Assembly (NCBI RefSeq): GCF_001194135.2
Contig: NC_068986.1
Coordinates: 13,499,334 to 13,562,650 of the forward strand
Reading direction: 5' to 3'
DNA length: 63,317 nt
Source: Octopus bimaculoides
Lineage: Eukaryota
This document shows, piece after piece, positions 12,165-25,372 of this stretch. Below the pieces are notes generated by a model that searched no databases, was not told the DNA's origin, and saw only the letters and a list, made by a program, of their open reading frames with translations. A program made the translations under genes and the position numbers. The stretch's first letter is position 1; each line of letters starts with the position of its first letter.

Positions 12165-13141
12165 TTTGTAAGTTGGGTAGCATATTCATGCATGGTCTTC
12201 TATTGGGATGCTAAGCATTTCAAATTTAGGCCTTCTCTGAAGTATTTTAGTCCAGCTGTTTTGCAGTTGTATGGGAGGTCATTAAGAAGAGAGTGTTTTC
12301 TGAGGAGCTCACTTCCGGCATTTAGGATATTGTTCTCTCCACTTTTCAGCACGCCAACTTAATGTATTTATTTCTGCTGTTGTTTCTGTCTGCAGAGAGA
12401 GACTATATGCAGTTCGAAGGCTGTCTGCATAGATATTCAGCCTCTATCCATTTTATCTCTTGCTAAGAAGAGCCTGTCAATATCACAATTTGTATGGAAA
12501 TGTCCAGTTTATATTAGGATCTTGTGCATTTTGATGTCAATGGTGTGGATTTCGCCTACAGATCTGTCAAGTATTCCAAATATTAGAATCAGCACTGATA
12601 CTACAAATGCATTGTGGGATATTGTCTTGTTGTAAGAGGAGATTTTCAAATGCCATATTTCTGAAGTCTGGTATAGTACTGTTCATTTTTAATCACAGCA
12701 ATTTCATATATGTTTTCATCAATGCCTAAGTATTTATAGCATTCTTTGAGTGGAACAGGAGAGATAGGAAGGCTTTTGATGTACAGGTTTTGGGTCTAGG
12801 GGCGGGGGGACGGATTTTTCATGTTCAACAATCAAATACAAACATTTCTTTTGGTCAAATTCTATTCCTATTTCAGCTGAAAATGTTGTCTTACTCCATC
12901 TGTTTTTTGGCATTGTTAACATGTTTAGCATAAATCTTCAGGTTATTCATAAAGGAATTATGGGATACATTAATATCTCTAACAGCTGCAGACCCTAGCA
13001 TGTAGCCATTTGATTTTTGCTGCAGGAATGATAACAGATTTAATGCCAAAATGAAAAGAATTATGAAAAGACTGTCTTTAGAATATTCCCTTTGAAATAT
13101 ATGTAACATTGGAGATGATTGTTCCACTTTCATTTATTCGT
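12165..13141 (-). mobile_element. R4/Dong-type LINE reverse-transcriptase fragment, degenerate
   Basis: Frameshifted remnants KGIF..DSLFIILFILALNLLSFL (GIFQGDSLSP box), HNSFMNNLKIYAK (FMDDLK box) and FSAEIGIEFDQKKC. The 5' junction abuts (CATA)n. Confidence 0.8.
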
Positions 13142-13269
13142 TTGTTTGTTTGTTTGTATGTATGTATGTATGTATGTATGTATGTATGTCTACATTCATA
13201 TATGTACATATATACATATGTACATATACATCTATATGTGTATACATTTACACATGTATGCGTGTCTGT

Positions 13270-13430
13270 ATGTTCTCTTCTATTTTTAATTATTTGAAAT
13301 CTCCCTGTCAGGAAAGAGCTGTTTCCCAACAAAGATACAACACTCCGTCATTGGAATGTAGATGACAAAGACAAATTCACATTTTGAATTTTAGAAAATT
13401 TTGCACATTTTTACTGTTCTACTTACACAT
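13270..13430 (-). mobile_element. R4/Dong-type 3' fragment, same subfamily as 7348-7668
   Basis: Shares the 3' UTR end ...GATTTCARATAATT...AGAAGAGAACAT with 7348-7668. Confidence 0.65.
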
Positions 13431-13444
13431 TGTATTGTATTGTA

Positions 13445-13918
13445 TTGTTCAGTTTTATTTCAAGATTTCTTGCCAATAGAGAAAGAACCGATTTCTAACC
13501 CAGATCCAAGGCTCCTTCAATGGAATTTCAACATCAACAGGATATCTTTGTTTGTATGTATGTATGTATGTATGTATGTTTGTGTGCAGGTTTGTATGTT
13601 TTGTTCTATGTTTGTATTCTCATGCGTATAGTTACATGTCTAGACATGGTCATATATATTTAAATGTTAAACTTCTGGAAAGTTTTACAGATTTTTACAG
13701 ATCCAGTGATGGATTGGATCTGTAGTCTACGAATTAGCTTTCTCCTTTCCAGTTTTGAGAAGCCTAATTTCTCAAGATTGGTATTTAGGTAGTGTGTTAC
13801 ATATTCCAGGACCCCAATAATTACAGGTATAAACCTGAACTTGTAATCTGGATAAAGTAACTGCAGATTTATCAATAGTTCAGCATAGGTGTTCTCATTT
13901 TCACTGATCTTCTGCTTT
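13445..13918 (-). mobile_element. R4/Dong-type 3' fragment with (CATA)n inside its 3' UTR
   Basis: YAELLINLQLLYPDYKFRFIPVIIGVLEYV...LQIQSITGSVKICKTFQKF, then a UTR ending GAAATAAAACTGAACAAT. Confidence 0.8.
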
Positions 13919-13964
13919 ATGTATGTATGTATGTATGTATGTATGTATGTATGTATGTATGTAT

Positions 13965-14322
13965 GACTGTGTGGTAAGAAGTCTACTTTCCAGCCAAATG
14001 GTTCTGGGTTCAGTCCCACTGCGTGGCACCTACAATAGCCTTGGGTCGACGAAAGATTTGTGAGTGGATATGGTAGTTAGAAACTGAAAGAAGCTCATTG
14101 TATATTTATGTATGTGTGTGCGCGTTTGTTTCCCACCATGGCTTGACAACCAGTGTTGGTGTGTTTATGTCCTTGTAACTTAGTAGTTCAGCAAAAGAGA
14201 CTGATAGAATAGGTATCTGACATAAAAAGTGTCTTGCATAAAAAGTGTCTTCTACTATAGCCTCAGGCCAACTAAAGCCTTGTGAGTGGATTTGATAGAT
14301 GGAAACTGAAAGAAGCCCGTCG

Positions 14323-14370
<48 letters not shown>

Positions 14371-14578
14371 TGTATCTGTGTTTGTCTCCCCACCATCACT
14401 TGACAACCGATGTTGGTGTGTCTATGTCCCCGTAACCTAGTGGTTCGGCAAAAGAGATTGATAGAATAAGTACTAAGCTTACAAAGAATAAGTCGTGGAG
14501 TCGATTAGTTCAACTAAAGTCGGTGCTCCAGCATGGCCGCAGTCAAATGACTGAAACAAATAAAAGAATAAAAAAATA
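13965..14578 (+). mobile_element. Two overlapping CORE-type SINEs
   Basis: GGTTCAGTCCCACTGCGTGGCACC head, GAAACTGAAAGAAGC(TG)n and 3' half ending GACTGAAACAAATAAAAG. Confidence 0.75.
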
Positions 14579-14599
14579 ATAAAGGAATATATAATTGTA

Positions 14600-14846
14600 T
14601 GTATATCCATTAGTGACAGAGGCAGTATTAATACTGAGAAATAATAATTATTCTCACTTAAATGTAGATGTTCCTATTAGAACAAACTATACTGTGGTAG
14701 TTATCATGAGAGAAACCCTCACTTGGGCTTTTGGTGCAAAATGCAGTCTTGTTTTTATCAATAGTGGAGAACTAAATTCCTTCCACCTCCAGCGCCGAGA
14801 GCACCAGATCACGTGATTTCGACCTTCCTTGGTCTCATCAGTGATG
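14600..14846 (-). mobile_element. Penelope-like pLTR or retrozyme-like repeat carrying a hammerhead; partial second copy at 15421-15558
   Basis: Shared blocks TGACAGAGGCA, GGCTTTTGGTGCAAAATGCA and CCACCTCCAG in both copies. The class assignment is inferred from the hammerhead type. Confidence 0.5.
14802..14846 (-). ncRNA. Minimal type I hammerhead ribozyme
   Basis: Minus strand reads CATCA-CTGATGA-GACC-AAGGAA-GGTC-GAAA-TCACGTGA-TC-TGGTG: complete core, 4-bp stem II, palindromic stem III, 5-bp stem I and AUC cleavage triplet. Confidence 0.8.
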
Positions 14847-16296
14847 GACTCTTAACTGCTAGAGATAGCAGCAATCCATCCTAACTGGCAATATATAGAA
14901 TTACAAGGCAGCGAGCTGGCAGAAATGTTACCATGCTGAGCGAAATGCTTAGTGGTATTTCGTCTGACTTTACATTCTCAGTTCAAATTCCGCTGAAGTT
15001 ACCTCTGCCTTTCATCCTTTCAGGGTCGATAAATTAAGTACCAGTTGTATACTTGGGTCGCTCTAATCGACTGCCCCCCCCTCCCCAAAAATTTCGGGCT
15101 TTATGCCTAGAGTAGAAAAGTATATGCAGATAAGACGGCGAGCTGGCAGAAACGTTAACACGCCAGACAAAATGCTTAGCAGTATTTCGTCTGTCTTTAC
15201 GTTCTGAGTTCAAATTCCACCCAGGTCAACTTTGCCTTTCATCCTTTTGGGGGTTGATAAATTAAGTACCGGTTGCATACTGGTGATGATTTAATCGACT
15301 CGCGTTCTTCCCCAATATTTCGGGCCTAGTGCCTAGAGAAGAAAAACATATGTAGAATAACAGTGCCAGAACACGTGTTGGTGTTGTGATCAGCCATTGA
15401 GCTTATTAAAGAATATATATAAATGACAGAGGCATATCAGTACTGAGGGGTAGTATTTATTTCTGCTTATTGGCTTTTGGTGCAAAATGCACTCTTATTT
15501 ACATGTTCAGCAGGGAAATAAATCCCATCCACCTCCAGGCCACAAAATTATGTGATTAAGTAGGACAACATTAGCTAATGTATCTCTCTTCGCAGTTAAT
15601 ACTGTAGTATGTGATTTGAGGAAGGTTTAGGTATTATTTCTAGAAAACTGAACAACCACATAGAGGCACACGGATTATATGTAATGTAATGTGATGTGCT
15701 GTAATGACAAAATATGTGGTTGTAACTACGCCTTTAGTTATTGTTGATGTTACTGTTGGTGTTGTAGTTGCTGATAGCTGTGTGCTGTTGTTGTGATTGT
15801 TGTGGCTCTTCAATATTATCCTTGTTGTTGCTGCTGCTGCTGCTGTTGTTGTTGTTGTTGTTGTTGGTCTTGTTAATAGTTCAGAAGCCAGTCTATACAT
15901 GTTGTTTAGTGTATTGTACAATCCCCACCTTCTGTGATGACAATGATGACAACGACCACCACCACTACAACACCAACAACAACAACAATCATTACAACCA
16001 CCACCACCACCACCACCACCACCACCATCATCACCACTAAAAAACGACAACAATGGCTTGACCTAAAATTCGACTAAATTAAGGTGACTATTGAAAACGT
16101 ATATATGTTTGTGTGTGTAGGGGGTGTCTTTATGGCTGAGAAATAGGCAATAGCTATGAAATTACCTGAAAATTTGATATAAACCTTTGTGTGTGTGTGA
16201 GTGTGTGCGCGCACACATGTGTATATATAAGTCAATCCCCCACCCCCGTGAGTGACTTAGTGCATATAAGAGTCAGCTAATATAAATTTATTTACA

Positions 16297-16353
<57 letters not shown>

Positions 16354-17304
16354 TTACATAGCATCTCACCAATATAATACAGATGTAAAAAATGTGTTGA
16401 AACAATTGTAGTGATTGCAAATAAGTTATGTCCTTCGTTCCATTTTATATCGTTTATCTATTTATATAATTGCTATGGATGCTATGAAATTCCTGATGTA
16501 TATTTAGTACCAGAAGTGTTTTCACTTAATGATGACATTAGGTAGCCAATAATGGTGGATGAGCTTTGCATAATACAGGGTTTTCACTTGCATCCTATTT
16601 AACTGTGTGTGTGTTTGTGTCAGTGCATATGTATGCATGTGTGTTGTGTGTGTATGTATGTATGTATGTACATACGTATGTATGCATGTGTATGTATGTG
16701 TGTGTGTGTGAATGCAGGTGTATGTATATATATATATGTATGTATACATGCATGCATGCATGTATGTGTATGTGTATGTATGTATGAGTGTACGTAGGTG
16801 TGTATATGTGCATGTGCATGTATGTATGTGTGTGTGTGTGTATGCAGGTTTATGTATATATGTATGTATGTATACATGCATGCATGTATGTATGTGTATG
16901 TATGTATGAGTGTACGTAGGTGTGTATATGTGCATATGTATGTATGTATATATGTATGTATGCATGTGTGTATGTATGCATATGTGTATGTGTGTGTGTA
17001 AGTATGTGTGTGTGCATGTGTGTATGTGTGTATGTGTGTGTGTGTGTGTGTGTGTTTTGATATAGAAGACATTTGCCTAAGGTGCCACAGTGGAATTGAA
17101 CCAGCAGCCATATGATTGTATGCATTTTTCTATAATATCTGCTGATCCCAGATAAAAGGGTGTAGTCTTAAGTCTATTGGTAGATCTTATAAAAGAAATA
17201 CATATCAATGCATGAAGGTGAATGATGCAGCATAAATCAACACTCAATACACACACACGCTATATATATATATATATATATATATATTTACACACACATA
17301 CATA

Positions 17305-17870
17305 GGCACAGGAGTGGCTGGATTGTAAGTAGCTTGTTTACCAGCCACATGGTTCCTGGTTCAGTCCCACTGCGTGGCGCCTTAGGCAAGTGTCTTCTAC
17401 TATAGTCTTGGGCCAACCAAAGCGTTGTGAGTGGATTTGGTAGACGGAAACTGAAAGAAGCCTGTTGTATATATATATGTATGTGTGTGGGTGTGTATGT
17501 TTGTGTGTCTGTGTTTGTCCCCCCACCATCGCTTGACAACCAATGTTGGTGTGCTTACATCCCTGTAACTGCTAAGTTACGGGGACGCAAACACACCACC
17601 ATCGGTTGTCAAGCGATGGTGGGGGTACAAACACAGACACACAAATACATACATACATACATAGACACACACATACATACATACATACATACATGCATAT
17701 ATATAGATAATGGGCTTCTTTCAGTCTCTGTCTACCAAATCCACTCGCAGGGCTTTGGTTGGCCTGAGGCTATAGTGCAAGACACCTACTCAAGACCCCA
17801 CATAGTGGAACTGAACTCGGAACCATGTGGTAGGGAAGTAAGCTTATTACCACACAGCCACTCCTGCACC
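17305..17870. mobile_element. Opposed CORE-type SINE copies (17305-17575 on +, 17575-17870 on -)
   Basis: Family head and core motifs occur in both orientations. Confidence 0.7.
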
Positions 17871-18375
17871 TATATGCATTATACATACATACATACATAC
17901 ATATTTATATGCAAACATAATCTTACTCATTCATATTAACCTATTGACCCATTTTATATTATGCAGCAATGTATACATGCACAAAGAGATCTGTTCATGT
18001 GTGTGTATGTGTGTATAAATAAATAAATATATGTGTAAATGTGCGTGTGTGTATGTATGCCTGTATAGAGGTGTATATATATGCATGCATGCTTCTTTGG
18101 TTGTATAAATATATACAAGTTTCAAAATGTATCCTTTTGTCAGAAGTGTGTGTAGAACATGATATATATTTGTCATATATAAAACAAGCAAAGTTTAATG
18201 TTTATATAAACATGTTTACATGACATATGACAAGCTCACGTGTGCACACACACACACACACACACACACGAGCGCACACTCACACATACACAGAGTTACA
18301 TTTACACAGACACACATGCACTCACAAAGTTTTACACATTCAAACACACACACACTTTTACTATGTACACACAAA

Positions 18376-19140
18376 CATCATCGTCATCGTCGTTTAACAT
18401 CCACTTTCCATGCTCCATGGGTTGGACGGTTTGACTGAGGACTGGTGAAACCAGAAGGCTGCACCAGGTTCCAATCTGATCTGGCAAAGTTTCTACATCT
18501 GGATGCCCTTCCTAACGCCAACCACTCTGAGAGTGTAGTGGGTGCTTTTATGTGCCACCGGCACAAGGGCCAGTCAAGTGGTTCTGGCAATGACCATGCT
18601 CGAATGTTGTGTTTCATGTTCCAGCGGAATATGTGCCGGTAAGGCGACGCTGGCAATGATCACACTCGAATGGTGCTTTTTACGTGCCACTGGCACAGGA
18701 GCCAATCAGCAGCCCTGGCAACAATCACGCTCGGATGGTGCTTTTAATGTTCCACTGGCACGAGTGCCAATCAAGTAATACTCTCATCGGCCACATCAGT
18801 GATTTTGATTTGTTTACACTTGCCTCAATAGGTCTTCGCAAGCAAAGTTCACTGTCCAATGAATGAGGGGTACTCATAAGTGGGCTGGTTACACCCACTG
18901 GCATGGGCCACGAGTTATGGTATCACTTGGTTTGCTGGGTCTTCTCAAGCACAGCATATTTCTAAAGGTCTCGGTCACTAGTCATTGCCTCAGTGAGGCC
19001 CAATGTTCAAAGGTTGTGCTTCCCCTCCTTATCCCAGGTCTTCCTGGGTTTACCTCTTCCACAGGTTCCCTCAATGGCCAGGGTGTGACACTTTTTCACA
19101 CAGCTGTCCTCATTCATTTACAGCTGTCCTCATTTCTATT
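18376..19140 (-). mobile_element. RTE LINE 3' fragment with degenerate ORF C-terminus
   Basis: (CAT)n tail and tandem UTR units. 18935-19140 is homologous to 47995-48200. Confidence 0.8.
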
Positions 19141-19374
19141 ATTTCAGTGGTTTCATACGCCAGACTTTGGCCATACTAGAGCATGACTTTCAAGAGATCT
19201 TGTAGACCCTACCTTAGTGCTTCCCAACCATTTTTATGCCTATGGAACACCTTTGATTCCTATTTTCCTCCTCTGGACCTCCAGAGCCATTCACTGTGTA
19301 TATATATATATAAAAAAACAAAAACTTACTGTACTTTTATAATTAAATATTAGGAAATGTTTAAAATTTTAAAA

Positions 19375-19893
<519 letters not shown>

Positions 19894-20301
19894 CTTATAG
19901 AAATATAACCAATTTATTGCCGAGAAATTTCAAGAACAAAATTTTACAGAAACCCCCAAGGGCCACATGGACCCTAGTTAAAAACCACTACAACTGACCC
20001 TACCCCATGTTATATTGATATCTATTTCTTAAAGTGGGTCTTCGAATATCTGTTTCTTAAACTGGGTCTTCGAATTCACTTGTGCTATATTTCTAGCAAG
20101 AGCACATGACAAATCCCCTCCATGCTTTCATTTAACAGCAAATAATATTCGAGATTTTGTCTATTTGTTTTTGATTGTATTTTCTTTGTTATCTTTTTTT
20201 GTTCTTGTTGAAATATGAAAGGAATGTGACTATGATTGGCTCAGGTCAAAATTGCCAAGCACCTCATCCCAAATAATAAATAAACAAGGAATTTTAACAT
20301 A

Positions 20302-20700
20302 TAGGTGCAGGCGTGGCTATGTGGTAAGAGGTTTGCTTCCTAACCACATGGTTCCAGGCTCAATTCCACTGTGTGGCACTTTGGGCAAGTGTCTTCTACT
20401 ATAGCGTCAGGCTGACTAAAGCCTTGTGAGTGGATTTGGTAGATGGAAACTGAAAGAAGCCTGTTGTACATATGTGTGTGTGTGTGTGTGTGTGTATGTT
20501 CGTGTGTCTGTGTTTGTCCCCCCACCATCACTTAAGGTTGATGTGTTTACGCTCTAGCTGTAACTTAGCAGTTTGGCATAAGAGACTGATACAATAAGTC
20601 CTAGGCTTACAAAGAATAAGTCCTGGGGTCGATTCATTTGACTAAAGGTGGTGCTCCAGCACGGTCGCAGTCAAATGACTGAAACAAGTAAAAGAGCAAA
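20302..20700 (+). mobile_element. CORE-type SINE, full length
   Basis: Same architecture as 19375-19893. Confidence 0.8.
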
Positions 20701-21083
20701 AAGCATATAGCTGCAGGGCGTCATATTTTTGTGAAGGAGCAGTCAGTTTAGTTGGGCCTTCACTTGCCCCCAATACTTCTCAGATGTTTTGGAGAAGGAG
20801 CAGACAGCTTATTCAAACCCTTACCTCCCCCACTACTGGTACTTGTCTTTTTATCAATTCTGGCTGAATGAAAACCACAAAGCTGGTTGTCCCCAATTAA
20901 GTGGACTCAGATTCAATCCCTTGCATGCCACACAGGACAAGTGTCTTCTTCTACAGCCTCAGGCCAACCAAAGCCTTGTGAGTTAATTTGGTTGATGGAA
21001 ACTGAAAGAAGACCATCATCATCATCATCATCTTTGTCATCATCGTCGCTTAACATTCTTTTCTATTCTGGTATGGGTTGAAT

Positions 21084-21885
21084 AGTGAAGGCATGTGGTT
21101 CAATGGTTAGGAGTGTTTGGCTCACGATCATAAGGTCGGGAGTTCGGTTCCTTGAGCAAGACACTTTATTTCACATTAGAAGACTTATCAAGCCAAGGAA
21201 TCATAGTTGTGGCCGATGCCTGTGTCACATAACTGGCACCTGTGCCAGTGGCGTGTAAAGAGCACCCATTACACTCTTGGAGTGGTTGGCATTAGGAAGG
21301 GCGTCCAGTTGTAGAAATCATGCCAAATCAGACTGGAACTTGGTGCAGCTCTCTGGCTTACCAGTTTCAGTCAAACCATCCAATCCATGTCAGCATGGAA
21401 AGCAGAGAATAAATGATGATGATGATGATGCTGTCACAGTCCACTCAGCTGGCAAAAATGAGTAGTACCTGTAATTCAAAGGGGCAAGTCTTGTCATATT
21501 CTGTGTCATGCTGAATCTCCCTGAGAATTACAATGAAGGTACATATGTCTGTGGAGTGCTCAGCCACTTGCATGTTAATTTCACAAGCAAGANNNNNNNN
21601 NNNNNNNNNNNNNNNNNNNNNNNNNNNNNNNNNNNNNNNNNNNNNNNNNNNNNNNNNNNNNNNNNNNNNNNNNNNNNNNNNNNNNNNNNNNNNNNNNNNN
21701 NNNNNNNNNNNNNNNNNNNNNNNNNNNNNNNNNNNNNNNNNNNNNNNNNCTGAATCTCCCTGAGAATTACAATGAAGGTACATATGTCTGTGGAGTGCTC
21801 AGCCACTTGCATGTTAATTTCACAAGCAAGATGTTCCATTGATTGCGTTAACTGGAATACTTATCATTGTAACCAATGGAATGCC
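21084..21885 (+). mobile_element. Family C SINE interrupted by an RTE 3' end (about 21200-21428)
   Basis: The SINE head stops at CAAGACACTTTATTTCAC and resumes at CAGTCCACTCAGCTGGC after a (GAT)n tail. Confidence 0.7.
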
Positions 21886-22094
21886 AGTTATGGATTGGAT
21901 GGCATGCCCTAGTGTGGCATGCTCCATCATGGCAACAGTCTAATGATTGAAACAATTAAAAGGTAAAAAATAAAAGATAAATTTGAATTGGCTACAGTTT
22001 GTTTCCAAAACTTTGTGGGATCAAATGCCTTATGGTATTAATGTCCTTTCATTGTTCTGACTGAGATCAAATCATGCTGATGTTCTACTTTCCA

Positions 22095-22627
22095 TCTTCG
22101 CTATGCTGGTGCCACATAAAAAGCACCTGTGCTGGTGCCATGTAAAATGCACCTGTACTGGTGTTACATAAAGAATACCTGTGCTGGTGCCGCATAAAAA
22201 GCACCTGTGCCAGTCTCACATAAAAAGCACCTGTGCTGGTGCCACATGAAAAGTACCTGTGTTGGTGCCACATAAAAAGCACTGTCAGAAAGCACCTGTG
22301 CTGGTCTCGCATAAAAAGCCCCTGTGCTGGTGCCACGTAAAAGGTATCTGTTCTGGTGCCACATAAAAAGCACTGTCAGAAGGCACCTGTGCTGGTCTCG
22401 CATAAAAAGCCCCTGTGCTAGTGCCATGTAAGAAACACTCATGCTGATTCCACATGAAAAGCACTGGTGCCGGTCCCACGTGAAATGCACCCAACACAAT
22501 CTGTAAAGTGGTTGGCATTAGGAAGGGCATCCAGCCAGAGAAACCATGCCACAACAGAGACCTGGAAGCTGGTCCCACTCCCCAGCTCGCCAGCTTCTGT
22601 CAAACTGGATGTTAAATGATGATGATG
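22095..22627 (+). mobile_element. RTE-related 3' end with short (about 25-35 bp) tandem units
   Basis: CACCTGTGCTGGTGCCACATAAAAAG repeats, then GTGGTTGGCATTAGGAAGGGCATCCAGC and (GAT)n. Confidence 0.7.
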
Positions 22628-23030
22628 GAAAACAAATGTTAAATGATGATCTTTCCTGGGGTTGATAAAATAAGTACCAGTCATACACCAGGGGTTGATT
22701 CAATTAACTTCTTATATTTCTTGACACATATGTGGTCTTGTGTACGGCTTAGAAATCCATTTTGCAGAGAAATGTTACGAGTATAAGTTGATTTTAAATA
22801 TTTATACCTCTTGTTATCTCCTTCAAAGACTGAACCTTAATTAAATTAATCCAGGCAGGTATATACATGAATCCACCTCTGTCTAAAAGTTATATGCAGG
22901 AATTTACCTGCATATACTTGAGAGATAATCAAAGTGACACACAGACACATGTCCACTTTACACCACCTCCCACCCTAACCCTCACTATTTATCAATCTGC
23001 TGTGTGTCCCTCAACCTCTAGGTTCACCTA

Positions 23031-23068
<38 letters not shown>

Positions 23069-23580
23069 GATTAACAGTATTATTATTATAAGAGGTTTCA
23101 GTCTCTGCCAGGGGTCTTATTAAAATGGTTGTAAGCTGGCAGAATCGATGCTGCATCAGACAAAATGTTTAGTGGCATTTCTTTTGGTTCTTTACGTTCT
23201 GAGATCAAATTCTGCTGGGGTTGCTTTTGTCTGTGACTCGTTTTCGGTTTAATAAAATTAGTACCAGTTGAGGTTTGGAGTCAATATAATCAGGTACCCC
23301 ATCTCTAAAATTGTTGACCTTGGGCCCAAAATGAAAAAGAGTTATTATTATCATTTTAGATAAGTCTGTGAGCTGGTTGAATTGTTAGTACGCCGGGCGA
23401 AATGCTTACCGGTATTTCAGCTGTCTTTATGTTCTGAGTTCAAATTCTGCCAAAGTCGACTTTGCCTTTCATCCTTTCGGCTTCGATAAATTTAGTACCA
23501 GTTGTGTATTGAGGTTGATCTAATTGACTGGCCCCTTTCCACCCAAATTTCAGGCCTTGTGGCTATAGTAGAAGGATTAT

Positions 23581-23991
23581 TATCATATGTTTGACTTTTG
23601 CTTTGTATTTGTACATGTTGGCTCCAAGTCTCACCCATAGACCTCAGGAGATAACGTGTTAGAAGCTCATATTGGTGTTATGCCTAGGGTGTCATATATT
23701 TGGTTTTGCACATAATATTGTTCTAGAGAATGTTTAAGAAAACATAAGAAAATTATGAGTTTGTTTCGAAATTTGAGATTACATAGACAGTATTTTACAT
23801 AGGATATGGGCAGTTCCCATGAGCACTATCTTTTGAATTTCCGGCATTTTGGGGTTTCCCGGTATCTGAGCTAGGTCGGAATCAGCCCCTTTTACTATCA
23901 TTCCTCGGGCATTGTTTTAGTCTTGAGGTTCCACAGGTATTGTTTCAGTCTTGAGGCTCCACATTTTGCCAATTTCTATTTCAAGATCTTT
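23581..23991 (-). mobile_element. R4/Dong-type LINE 3' fragment (second family) within (TAA)n
   Basis: KDLEIEIGKMWSLKTETIPV...GMIVKGADSDLAQIPGNPKMPEIQKIVLMGTAHILCKILSM* is an RLE C-terminus. (TAA)n lies at both junctions. Confidence 0.8.
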
Positions 23992-24111
23992 ATTATTATT
24001 ATTATTAAGATTATTAAAGCAGTGAGCTGGCAGAATTGTTAGCATGCTAGGCGAAATGTTTCGCGGTATTTTGCCCATCTTTACGTTCTGAGTTTGAATT
24101 CCACCAAGGAA

Positions 24112-24420
24112 TCAGTGGAACGGCCGGCAAGGGCGAATGGAGTGCGGTGGTATGGGCATGTGTTGAGGAGGGATGAGAGGCATGTTCTGAGGAGGGTGCT
24201 AGAGTTTGAGGTAAATGGATCGAGAAAGTGAGGTAGACTGAGGAAAATGTGGAGGGGACAGGTGGAGGAGGAGATTGGAAAGGTTGGTTTGAGAAGGAAG
24301 GGCGCCCAAAGCCAGGCAAGATGGTGAGATGGTGTAAGAGTGGTTGCTATGGCATTGAGGTAGATCCGGGCCATCCTCGTTAATGGGGACAAAGCACCGG
24401 ATTCAAAATGATGGATGGCT
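24112..24420 (+). mobile_element. RTE LINE ORF C-terminus (different family) inserted in a MetaSINE
   Basis: RANGVRWYGHVLRRDERHVLRRVLEFEVNGSRK*GRLRKMW matches the RTE RW(Y/F)GHV.R...RGRP.K.W motif. Confidence 0.8.
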
Positions 24421-24931
24421 AGATTGGGTTTCATTACAAACACAGTAGAAAATCAGATAAAAAACTGTATTTAACTCGCATATCTTCCTACTTTGGGTTC
24501 AATTCCTACTAAAGTTGACTGTAGATGTCCCTCTCTAGAGAAACCATAGAGTTACGGTCTTTTATACCCATTCCCACAAAATTTGTGCCTTTGAGAATGT
24601 GACACAAAAGGAGTCTTTTTGTTAACTTTTTGTAGCTAAGAACATCATTATTATGATTTTCACTTTGTGAATTTAACCATTTCCCCCTCCCCCCTATTTT
24701 TTGGTAATTTCTTGTTTGGGTTACTCTGTCATCATCATCATCACCATCACCATCGTCATCATCTTTTACATTCGTTCTTTTTGTTTCTTTTGTTTTCCCT
24801 GTCTTTCCCTCTTATATTTACATTGTTATTGTTATATCATTAATTCTCTTACGGCCGTTTCATCACCTCTGTTGCTCCACTTCCTCCACCTACCTCCTCT
24901 GCCACCTCCTCTCCATCTACTTTCCTCTCTC

Positions 24932-24962
<31 letters not shown>

Positions 24963-24989
24963 GCTTACCTCATACTCTCTTACTGTTCA

Positions 24990-25268
24990 CTATGCCCATT
25001 CAGTAGATTTTTAAAAAAACTCTCTCTCTCTTTCTCTCTTCATCTCTCTCCTCCTCTCTCCTTCTTTCTTCTCCCTCTCTCTCTCCATCTCCCTCCTCTT
25101 CTCTCCTTTCTTCTCTCTACCTTCATCTCTCTCCTCCCCTCTCCTCCTCTCTCCTTCTTTCGTCTCCTTCTCTCTCTCTCTCTCTCTCTTTCTCTCCTTC
25201 TCACTCATTCTCTCTCTCTGTCTAGTTATCTGTTTTACTTATTTCTTTTTTTTCTTTTATCTTTGCAG
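24990..25268 (+). promoter_or_regulatory. Long CT-rich tract and candidate splice acceptor (TTTGCAG at 25268); alternative AG at 25372
   Basis: About 250 nt of polypyrimidine ending TTTCTTTTATCTTTGCAG, just upstream of the long ORF. Confidence 0.55.
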
Positions 25269-25372
25269 GATGAACTGGATTACTGCAGATTAACGATAAT
25301 CTCAATAATTGGCTTGGCAATTATTATTTTTTTTTAACTACCTTTTTTTTTTTCTTCCTATCTGCGGAAAAG

